Origin: Psammoneis japonica
Taxonomy: Eukaryota
Length of the DNA stretch: 64,000 nt
Reading direction: 5' to 3'
Assembly: GCA_008632985.1 (NCBI GenBank)
Contig: QPGO01000155.1
Span: 124,001-188,000, forward strand
Part shown: positions 53,291 through 64,000 of the stretch, piece by piece
How the letters are laid out: each line of letters starts with the position of its first letter
Position numbering within the stretch: the first letter of the stretch is position 1
Notes under the pieces: generated by a model
What the model was told of the DNA's origin: nothing
What the model saw: only the letters and a program-made list of their open reading frames with translations
Database searches by the model: none
Program-made: the position numbers and the translations under genes

Positions 53291-54819
53291 CGATTTTTTA
53301 GAGCGGGACCAGCAATCGTCGAGATACTACGTACAGGCATCTCATAGGTTTCCTGCTCCACCAGAAATTACACCAAAATTGACCAGCAGAGATTCGTGAC
53401 GCAAGGTGGTTGATGGGCTTGGATCTCAAGCTCCTACAAGAGATGTCAAACTGATGCTCGTCATGACTCATGGAGGATGCAACGGTAAAACTTCATGACA
53501 GTGCCATCGCGTGGGATCCAACATGGCCTCGTGAACTGGACGTCAACGTAGGACGGTGCATTTCTCTGAACGACATTCTTGAGTGAAGCGAGCCGGTGAG
53601 TTTAGCATCGTTGCACCCAGTTCGCTGCTCGTAATCCCTGCGGGAGAACTCAAGGGTGGCACATTCTGGATCTTCTGCTTCGACCTGGAGGCCTGAAGGA
53701 CATATTTTTTTCTTGACGCTAAAAGATCATCTCGACTCGTGCAACCGGCAGAGAGCCTTTGCGGGATCGACAAAATACACGAAAGAACTGCACTGGCGAG
53801 CGACAGAAAACAGCTTTTCGGCAACCTCAAACCGATGCTCTTCTTTTGATTTTTGATCAAGTTCTGCAGTTGTACTTCTGTTTCTAAAACCAACATGGAC
53901 TTAATATTCTAAGACCAAACATGGCTGCTATCCTTCACGACTTGTTGACTCATCGGTACGCACGCCATTGTGCACTCCGCATTTTTTTTGGGCAGGATGT
54001 CGTCAGTCCGTCGCTTCTCCGTCAATTTGAACAATCGCTGTGGTGCGTGGTGCACAGGCTTGTGCGTGGTGCACGACGCGTGCTGTGGTTACGGAGAACG
54101 GTCGCGCATTGTCTGTCGGTGGTTGTAGGAACAGTTGCAGTTGACTAGATTGTAAAGAACAACATGGCCAATCAAACCAGGTTGCTTTCTCTAGGGCTGA
54201 GTGCTTTTCTGGGGGCTGAAAAGCTCTGCAGCCAATCACCCGACTTTTCGAAAAACTCACTCCAAAGAACCCCTCATCTTGTTGGGATGCCAACAATCTG
54301 GCGGGTCTGTGACCGCCTGCTGCAATCCGGGCATTTCCTGACTGTAATCCCAGACAAGTGTCTCTCATTGAGTCAGGTTCTTTTTCATTTCAGTTCAGAA
54401 CCAATTTGGTTTACAGGCTCCTTGTTTCTAAATTGCACCCTGGAGCCTGCTTTGAACAGCGGCCATGTTCTTGTGCCTCTGCAACCCCGCGTTTGGCCTT
54501 TCTTGACAGTCACTGTGTTTGGTCGCTCCTTCATTTCATCTCATGCTGCATGTGATGCAACATCAGCACCTGAAATGTCCTTCTAAATTGCATCCATTTG
54601 CAGCCCAACAAACAGCATGGTGAGCTTCTCATTGTCACAATGAAGCAATTGCAGTCAAAGCAAAACCATGAGACTTGGCAGCCTGCGCACCTTTGCTTCC
54701 TGTTGCAACATTCCTGAGGTCTGAAAGCTTGGGGAAGAATCTCTGCAGCTGTTGGTTTCTCTCTCAAATCATCTGCCAAGGGAAGGCCAAAGGATGCCAT
54801 TGTGAACAAGTGTCTGGAT

Positions 54820-55096
54820 GACTTGCCTGGCATCAAACAAATGCGATGGACCTTTGCCTGGCATCAAATGAACACAAGGGACCTTTGCTTGGCATCAAAC
54901 AGCTGCTGAATGCAGCGGACCTTTGCTTGGTGTCAAACAAATGCAACCTGCCTGTGCTCAGCATTGAAGAATGAATGTGATGTGCCTTTGCTCAGGATTG
55001 AATGAACATGGTGCACCTTTGCTGGGGATCAAATGAGTGCCTCACTTTGCTCAGCATCAAATGAATGTGACAGATCTTTGCTCAGAGTCAAATGAG
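54820..55096. repeat. Degenerate ~30-bp tandem repeat, about 9 units
   Basis: Recurring cctttgc(c/t)(tg/ca)gcatcaaa core. Confidence 0.7.
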
Positions 55097-58000
55097 TTGA
55101 ATTTGAATTTCACAATGGAGCATCACAAACGCACTTTGCAGTCACTTGGCTCTTCATCTCATCCTTGTTCTTTTCACTTCAAGAACTCTAAAATCAGCAC
55201 TTTGTCAAACCCAGACTGCATCAGCATGACACATTGTTTTAAGTTTCTGTTTGCTCTGACTTTTCTGGATCACTGAAACTCAGGCAGGAAGCTTTGGAAG
55301 ACACTGGACAGAATGGGGCTGGGCTTCCGTTTTCAAAAAACAGCGAAAGCACTTGCATGCTCTTTTGTCTGCTGTGGCTTTGACTGTTTCAATTTGCCTG
55401 TCACCAATCAATTGTTCAACACAACAATTGCCGGCAAGTGCCAGCGCCCCGTGGACTTTTGACAACAGAATCAAGCAACTTCAATCTTTGAGCTCACAGC
55501 TCTGCCCTCTCCAGCAGGGAGCACTGCAGCTTGAGAAACCTGCTGCATCAGCTGCACACACCAACAAAAGCAAAGCAGGAGTGGCCCTGCACTCTCTGAA
55601 GCAGTTGCTGAACAATCTCGCCACTGGGTCCCCACAGGAGCTGTTTCTGTCATCCAAAGAACCATTCATTGTGCACGACTTCATGTTCTCAAGTGGAGTT
55701 TCAAGATTTTGCAAAGTTTGCTGTCACATCCAGCACAAAATGTCAACCAAAATGTGTGCAAACTGTCTCTTTCCTCATGCATTGCCAGCTCTCAAACTCG
55801 TTGGTGTGATGGAGCATTTTGACATGGTTGCCCCATTTCGCCCACTGGAAGAACCAACATTTCACACTCCTTTGTTGCTTGTTTGTCTCAAAGATGTGCT
55901 CCACTTTTGCAAAAAAATGATCATCATCAAGTCCTTCCCTGATGAGGGCTTTGATTGCTCCCTTGCTGAACTTCATGTTGGTCCTGCATTTGACACAACA
56001 CAGAGCTTGTTCACAAAAAGCAGTTTTGTGGCTTTGATTGTGAGCACTTGTCAGTCATCAGTGCCACATCATCTCAATGGGCAACAGCAGGCACTGCAGG
56101 GTGCTTTGCCACCTCCGGGCACAAGCGCACCCTTGTCATCTTGGTGCCTCAGTGATGAAGGATGAAATTTCATCTCAGGCTGAAAGCTCAACTTGGTGCT
56201 GGTCTTCTTGGAGTGTGAGAACTTGTGGCTTTTGTCATCTCTGCTGCTGGCAGCAACCACAACTTTGGCCTTGGTCTCCAGGCATTTGGCATTCATCAAC
56301 TGTGTGAGGCCAGTTTCTGCAAGCACTGAACGCAGCACTTGCAACTCTTTGGAGTGAATGTTGAACCCACAAGCCAGTGTTCCCAAAAAGGAATCCTGCC
56401 AGGCTTTGTGTGCCTCTTGACACACTTGTCTTGGTTGGTGGCAGTGGCTGTGGTGTGATGAAAGTTGTCAATGTGAACTTCAATCTTGCGGTGCACAACA
56501 GGTGCCCAGTGATGCCAAATGACAAACCAAATGATTCCATCCAAAGAGCAAGATGAAGCTGAAAGGTGAGAGATCAGCAATGGCGAAACTTTTCCCGGTG
56601 GTGCATTGAGGGGGTTGCCCATGGTGCATGAAAGATGCAAAGGCTTCAGACTTTCTTCTTATCAGCTGCTCACAGCAGTTGTGAAACAGCAGAAAATGAA
56701 AACTTGCAAGTGTGTGTGGCAAGAGTGAGCACCACATGATGATGGGGCATTGGCAGACAGGGCAACAAGCAGTGGCCTCTGCCAGCCAGTGGCTGTGAAG
56801 CAGCAGCACAGCACTCACCAAGGAGGGGACACTGCATCAGTTGTGGGGCTGCCCAGCAGCAGGGCCATCTGTGTGGCACCATCAAAGCAGCAGCAAAAAT
56901 CACCAGGCATCCCCACATGTTCCACCAACAAGTCCATCTGAGAGCAGGTGTTTGTCACAACATCTCAGTGACCATGTCAACATCAGACCATTTGAAGGCC
57001 AACAGCTGGGTTTTTGATGACTCAGTCAGGTCAAGGAGGACAAAGCAGTCTGTTGGGACAAATGCATGCTTTCTCTGCTTCCACCTTCTCAGCTTGCTTT
57101 TGCAGCCCAAGAGCTCAGGCTCACAGCACAGCAAGAAAATGAGGCCACTTCAGATGCAAGGAGTTGTTGAGGCAGAGGGGCAATGTCAACAAAAAAGAGC
57201 TCTGGGGTGTCATGTTTTGGCGCAGGCTTGCACTGCCACTGCACAAGCTGTGCTGCTGCCTTTGAAAGTCAAAACTGTTGAAACAGCAGCAATTTTGGGC
57301 AATCTGGGAGCAGCCATGATCACAGTTGGCATCAACGGCTTTTCAGTTGCTTGGCATGACATCACTTGAAAGTTGCAGTGTGCTCACTGTCATGACAACA
57401 AAGGCAAAGCTTTCCTTGGCTGCACATGGTGTGTGCACCTTGCTTGGGCACAACAAACATTGCTGGCAATTGTCAACCTCACAAGGAGCACACATGCCCT
57501 GCATTGAGAGGCACCCCCAGTCCTTTGCAAGGGTGCAGTTTTGTGGCTTGTGTTCATTTGCTGTGCAGCTGTTGCTCTTGCACTCATGCATCAGTCTTCA
57601 TCACAGAGCCAACAGGCTTCAGGCTTTCATGCCTGTTGTGGCCTGATGCTTGCAGCAACAGTTGTTTCCTTTGCTGAAATGGGGTGGTTGGTGCTGCACC
57701 ACTGCACTTCAATTCAACGGCATCAAAATGAGAGACAAATCAACATCTGAGGCCGTTTGCCCAGTTTTTGATCACTTGCACTAAAAGGGTGTCATTTGCT
57801 CTCAACTCAAACACCACTTTCTCATCTGCTGAGCTGCTGTTTGTGTGTTGGTGCAGCTGGGCTGGCTGCATGTGCTGTCAAGCCAATTTTCTGCCTCAAT
57901 GGCAAGCTCTTCTTTTTCCCATTGCTTGCCAGTCAGACTGGAAAATTTGAGAACAACAGCCACCTTTGGCACATCTCCATCAACTGGAGGGGGGCAAGAC

Positions 58001-58668
58001 AGGAAGCATCGCCGCTTTTTTCACTGTCCCAAGAACTGGTGAGATGGTTGTGACAGAGAAGAAGTGCCCATTTGATGGCAGGCACATGCTGCTTTGCCTT
58101 CAGCACACATCTGCTGGGCTGCATTTTTTTCTGGCAATGTTGGCACACTTTCAAGGGCAGCAACATCTGCTCTGCCAATGAAGGCCCCCAGCACCTTCTA
58201 AAAAGGCAGCTCTCAAACATGCACAATCTTTGCTGCATCAAGCATTTTGGGTGGCTTGGTGGAGGCAAACCAGCTGCAAAACAAAAATGGCTCAGAGCAT
58301 TGCCAACTGCAAAAGAGCCTCAAATGCACAAAACTTTTTGTTGTCAAGCTTTTTTGTTGAATCCCAACTGCTTTTGTTCTTTTCAGAATGAAGTCCAGTG
58401 TGCACATCTCTGCACTTTGTTGCCATGCCAACAACGTCCAATGTTGGCACCATCACGGCTCACACACTGCCTCTTTGCAAAGGCATCATCACAAGCAGTG
58501 GTGCTGCAGAGTGTTTGCATGATGTCCTCTGTCTGGAAGTCTCTGTGCTGCTGTGCACAAGGAGCCATGTCTGTGGACAATTTGCAAAAGTCGTGCAGAT
58601 CAGGGCACATGTGCTGTGCTCTCATGGATCTGAAGACAGCTCTTGGTGGCACCAATGACCCCCCCCCC

Positions 58669-58865
58669 NNNNNNNNNNNNNNNNNNNNNNNNNNNNNNNN
58701 NNNNNNNNNNNNNNNNNNNNNNNNNNNNNNNNNNNNNNNNNNNNNNNNNNNNNNNNNNNNNNNNNNNNNNNNNNNNNNNNNNNNNNNNNNNNNNNNNNNN
58801 NNNNNNNNNNNNNNNNNNNNNNNNNNNNNNNNNNNNNNNNNNNNNNNNNNNNNNNNNNNNNNNNN
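58669..58865. other. Assembly gap
   Basis: Run of N. Confidence 1.
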
Positions 58866-61800
58866 GTGCCTGACTGTTCTTTGGTCTTTCATGACATGTT
58901 TGTTGCAAACATTGCCAGCTCTCATGTCAAGATGGCATTTCAAGATGGTGCCATTTGGTTGAGGAGCAAGGGCATCTCACCGCCCATGCTGTGAGCATCA
59001 TGTGGGGAAGGTGTGCAAATCCAGAGCAAGACAGGGAAGCAAATCAGCAGAAGAGCCTCTCATTGTGCAGAGCATGGGTGGCCAAAAGAACCAACTGCTG
59101 TGTCAGCTCATTTTCTCCACACAAGGGCAACACCATTGTGGCTGTGATCCTTGTGAAGAGCCCACCCTTGGTTTCCCAAGTTTTGGTTGTGGATTTTTCA
59201 TTCTTGATTTTGGTGTGAATTTGCTCAAAATTGTGGTTGACAATGTTCCGCCATTGCAGAGAATGTGCAGAGGCTTGTTCTTTGCTTTGCCCAAAGAGGT
59301 GCTCACATGAGTGATGACTGCTGGACTGGTGTGAATTGCTTTTTTGGGGCTTCCCAATGTCCAGCAGTGCGCAAGACTCCTCGAGCAGCGCCAGTTCAGA
59401 ATCACTGCACATCACAAGAAGTGGGATGTGGCGGTGCTGTTGAAAATTCTCCAGCCAATCTTGTTCTTCAATGCAACTGGGAGAGTCTGCTTGCATGTCT
59501 GGGCAGTTGAGGCTTGGAAGCAGTTGGAAATTAATTTGTCAAGACAAAGAAAAAGCACTTCCAAGATTGCTGCAATCAGCTCACAAGTGTTTTTGAAATG
59601 GCGGAGGGTTTTGTGGCAGGGTTGTCCCAGAAGAAATTTCCAAGAAAGGAGATGGGTTTAGCACAGATGCCAATGACACCTGGAAGAAAGAGAGGAACAA
59701 GTTGTTGGCAGCACTGTCAATGGAAGGTGTCAAGAAACATTGGCTTGTCTCAAAAGACCTGTGCTGGCAATTTGCACTGGGATTCACAATTGTCCCATTT
59801 TGGCCAAGGAGGCACTGCAGGTGTTGGACACAGGCAGGGCCAACAAAAAACCTGAGGGCACAAGTCTTGTGCAAAATGAGAAGAAACAGCTCAAATGCAA
59901 AAGGTTGGGCATGTGAAAAAGGACTGTCCTTTGCTCAATGACAACAGCGATCATTTGTTGGTGGAGACACATGACATCAGCTGTGGAGAGAAACAAGGCA
60001 GTCAATGTGGCACTGGATGGCATGGTTTTCAAGTGTTGTCCTCCTGCAGCCAGTGTGCATGAGGCCAATCCATTGATGGTGGCTTGTGCAAAGGAGTGTG
60101 TTGGAACATTGGGGAGCAAGGCAGTTTTCAACAATTGTGGATGAGGTGAAGTTGCACTCACATGAACTTTTTGTGAGTTGTGGGTCTTGTGCTCACTTTT
60201 CAGCTTTTGCACCTGCTGGCCAACATGGCAACAGTGGCAGCGGCAATGGAAATGCGGTGTTTGCAATCCACATGCGGCAAGTTTGGGGATCAGTGAGACC
60301 AAGTGTGTGCCACATTCAGCAAGCTGTGGAATCACAGCACCGCTGCAAGACCCCCCTCTGAAGTTTTTTTTGGCACAACAGGCTCCTGCAAAAGGTCAAA
60401 AGTGCCCACAAGTGGCCAATCAAGGTCCCACACAGAAAGCATGCAGGTCCAAGGAAAGGAAGCCATTCTGAACATTTTGGCCCAGTGTCACAAGGCCAAT
60501 CTCAAAGCCACCAACAGCTGTTCATTTTCACTGTTCCATGCTGAAATTCACATGTGTGGTGCGTCATCCACAAAAAGGCTGCCCCCACACTTGGAAACCA
60601 AAAAGGCATTTTCTGTGCTTGTCATGAGAGAAAAAAAACATGATGCTGTTGGTGCGCACACACTTCTTGATGCAGACAATGCTGTCTTGCACCTTGATCA
60701 ATGGTGCGACAACCAACACATGATCAAAGAACAAGCCCCATGGCAGAAGATGCAGCATCATTGTTTGTTGTGCAATGTGCATTGCATTGGGCACAATTTC
60801 AAGTTGTGACATCATGCACCATGGAAATTTGTGGCTTTTTGTGCAGTGATGAAGCACAGCACAGTGAACTTGACACCTGCCAAGAAAACAGCAAGCATGC
60901 AAGAGCTGCATGTGAGCCCAAGACTCGGCCTCAACTTGCCAGGATGTGGTGGTGCAAAGTGCTCAAAGTTGCCACAAGGATGTTCAGATTCTCAGCTTGC
61001 CAAAGTGAGGTGACTTTGCCAAATCTGACCTGCCAACCACCTGGAGAGGCCAGGTGCCACCCTGTCCTCTTCTTGAACAACTCTGAGCTAAAGCCTGCCA
61101 GCCAACATGCAAAGGAAAAAGTTGAGAAGGCTGGGTGGTTGTCTGCCAGGGAGTCTGAGCATCTGATGGCTCAATTGCACAGATGCACCTGCTGCTTGGC
61201 TGCTTTAAAAAAGAAAGAGCTGTGCAGAAACAAGTGTGAGACAATGAGCATGCTTTTGCGAGATTCTTGCTGGCAATGGCACATGTGCCATGCTGGCAGA
61301 CACACCAGACAACTTGTCAATCTGCAGAAAAATGCAGCAATTGGCAAAAGTGCGCCACTCACAAGTGTGCTTGTTTTGTTTGGCAATGGGGCCTGGATTT
61401 GACTTCATTCTAGAGTTCCCCAATTTTGCAGCAGAGCTGCAGAAAGTCTCTCCCACACACACACCAGATGACTTGTTCATTGAACAAAGCAAAGCAAGGG
61501 ATTTTTTTTCTGACAGAGTGGCAAAATCATGCTCAACAGGAGCAAAAAAAAGATCCACATGTCTCTCTTTCTTTTTCAACACAGACAAAACCAACAAAAA
61601 AGAGGGTGCTGCAGTGTGGCAGTCACCAAGCAAACAATTTTGCAAAAAGTGTTTCCAAAGAAAGTCTGTTGGGCCTTGTTTGAGCTTTTGAGCAAGGGGG
61701 GCTCTGGGGGGCACAATGCAGCAAGAGAAGCAGAGCTGGTTGGAGGCAGCATGATGATGTGTGTTGTGCAAGCAAGTTTGAGTGGTGGACCTTTCCCCAA

Positions 61801-62517
61801 TTTTTGTTGCTTCTTTTCTCATGTTTGATCATTTTAAAGTGCTTGAGCAGTGTGAACAATCTTTAAAAGGTGGTCATTTTTCCTGAAAACAAAGTGACAG
61901 GAACAAGCTGCTGTGTGGCTGCCACTGGTTTTGCTGCCTCTTGGAGCCATTTTTTTTGTCTCTTCTGCTGCATTTGGCTGTTTTTAACAAGAAATGTCAG
62001 CATTTTTTACAGTGCAACAAGGAGCTCAGATGCAAAAAGTGACTTTCTAACTGAAGTCATTTGGACAGAACAATCAGGAGAGCTGAGTTTTGCTTTTTTT
62101 GGTGCACACCATTGGCTGTCAGAAAGACCAAGTGGTGGTTCGCTGACCTGTGTGGGAGTCTTGTGGGTGATCTGCATGCTGGCATTGAAAAAAGTTTGTT
62201 GACTGTGAAGCAACTGTGCAATGTGAAAGACAGCAGAAGAGGTGACAACAAAATGTTGACAAATTTCAATGCTTGGAAAAGAAGTTTTGCCTCAGACAAG
62301 TGAAGCAAAATGGCCACAACATCTGGACATTGCCAATGTTTTTCATCTGGCTTGCAACATTGGACACTTGTTGCACTTGCCCACGGCATTTTGGTTGTCA
62401 TGCACCACCAAAGCTGAGTGCAAAATCTCTCTTTTTTGTTTGCACAAAAAAAATTGATGTCATCCATGACAGCACAATGCAAAAAATGTGCAAGTGCATG
62501 AGTCACCAAGACACTCT

Positions 62518-62588
62518 CCTGTTGTTGTTGTTGTTGTTGTTGTTGTTGATGTTGATGATGTTGATGATGTTGATGATGACGATGATGT
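62518..62588. repeat. (GTT)n/(GAT)n microsatellite
   Basis: Direct reading. Confidence 0.9.
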
Positions 62589-64000
62589 TTGCAGCTGGTG
62601 CCAAGTTGACAGAGACAAGGGTTGTGAAGAGAAATCTAAAGGAGTTCCAGAAAGAAAGACACCAAGCATGCAAACATCAGCGAGCTCTCCACAAAACAAA
62701 ACAAAACAAAGCCACAAAGAGCAACTCAAATTGCAGCCAAATGACCAAGTGGGCTGCAGCCTTGGGCTGTTGACCTGTCTTAGAAAATGAAAGTTGCCTT
62801 CTCACCTTGGTTGCAACAGCTGTTGGTTCATAAATGGCAGGGTTCATGGCAGCAGCATGGTGCATTTTGGTGTGCGCAACTTGCAACTTGAGTCACACAA
62901 AACACATCATCTTCATTTTGGAGCTCAGCAGTTTTCTTGCGCGGGTTTGGCACCAAACATGATGCAGAACACACAGAAACAAACCAAAAACCTCATGATT
63001 CATTCTAAAGTTTCTCATTTGGAGATCTGTCTGCCCCAGCAGTGGTGAGCTGCAAGTGGCACAATGCCAGCAAATGGCAGTTCCATGCACAAGCACTGGC
63101 CAACCTTTGCGAGACTGGAGGGCTTTGTTGTTTTGCAGCCACGTTTCTGTGTGAATGTTGGCACAACAAAGTTTGTAAAAATGCCCAGCTGATTGACAAA
63201 AACATTGCACACTGCACTCAAAAGTGTGCTGGCTGGCACAACTGCTGTTGCACTGGATGTTTGCAGGCACTCAGCACACAAGAAAGAGAGGCAAGTTTGG
63301 CGCCAATGTTGGCTCCTCCTGTCATGGTGGTGAGTTCCCCCACCCAAGCAACCATGGGCTGCTTTGACTGGCAATCATCATGATTTTGCCTCAGTCCAAG
63401 TTCCAAAGACACACGCCATCAAACACACACTGGAAACCTGCCTCTGTTGTGTGGGGCGGGGAAGACCTCACAACAAGAATGACTTGGCTCCGGCAGATCA
63501 CTCTGATTCGCAATGAGGAAGAGAGGATCCACTCGCCCTTGACAGACAACTGAAGTGACCACTGCAATGGTGGCGACAATGTGTTTCAAAGAGTCAAATG
63601 GCAATTTTGTGTGCTTTGTGCAACTGACAACTGAGCAAAGTTTGTCCAGGGTTCAAATGGCACGAGCTCCGAACTCCCGAGACTTCCTTCCTGCAGCTGG
63701 ATCGCACAACAACAGCACTGCGGTCAGCAAGCAAGACAATGACGATGGTGCTTCTGTGTCGCGACGACGACTCTTTGTCTCTTCCTTGGTGACAAACTCA
63801 TCCATCATGGCTGAGGACAGCACAGTCACAATGCCTCCTTTTGTCCGTTTGCATGTTCCTTTCATCATGCGTGACAACAACGCATGCCATTGAGCCGGTG
63901 CGTTTTGAGGATCTTCTCAGCAATGAAGAACATCGTCATGCAGCCTCACCACCCTAGACCGAGAGCCCGAAGGATGTGAAAGAACTCTACACAAGTCAGC

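Larger units (their letters stand above)
54180..64000. other. Degenerate, heterochromatin-like block almost devoid of TpA and poor in CpG
   Basis: No TA found by eye in 60001-61080; TG/CA saturated; ORFs are short and Cys/His/Gln-rich with no recognisable domain. Confidence 0.85.

Noticed and set aside
54820..55096. CRISPR-like array
   Set aside because: Units are degenerate, lack unique spacers of regular length, there are no cas genes, and the context is eukaryotic
55353..63893. Many overlapping Cys/His-rich ORFs as metal-binding proteins
   Set aside because: Expected by-product of TpA loss: TAA/TAG stops vanish and TGY/CAY codons accumulate; no domain motifs

Overview
Eukaryotic genomic DNA, most likely a pennate diatom or other stramenopile (short GT-AG introns, compact genes, diatom-type Ty1/copia elements; the taxon is an inference). 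About a dozen ordinary host genes are present: PP2A B56, RNF216-like RBR ligase, SDR, DUF445, apyrase, lipase maturation factor, DnaJ, OSCA/TMC-like channel, HIBADH and an IMP1 remnant. They are interspersed with two full-length copia LTR retrotransposons with TSDs (21758-28166, 41540-48105) and a ~10 kb degenerate block at the right end containing an assembly gap. The outstanding signal is a targeted mutational process. In the retrotransposons, two further patches and the right-hand block, TpA has been converted to TpG/CpA (A:T>G:C on both strands), so conserved Tyr codons read Cys or His (for example RT YVDD>HVDD). Neighbouring host genes are untouched. LTR-pair comparison places the changes after insertion, at DNA level. 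This looks like a RIP-like genome defence with the opposite chemistry to fungal RIP, overlaid on CpG decay. The responsible enzyme is not in this window, and a read-level check is needed to exclude base-calling artefact. All counts were made by eye.
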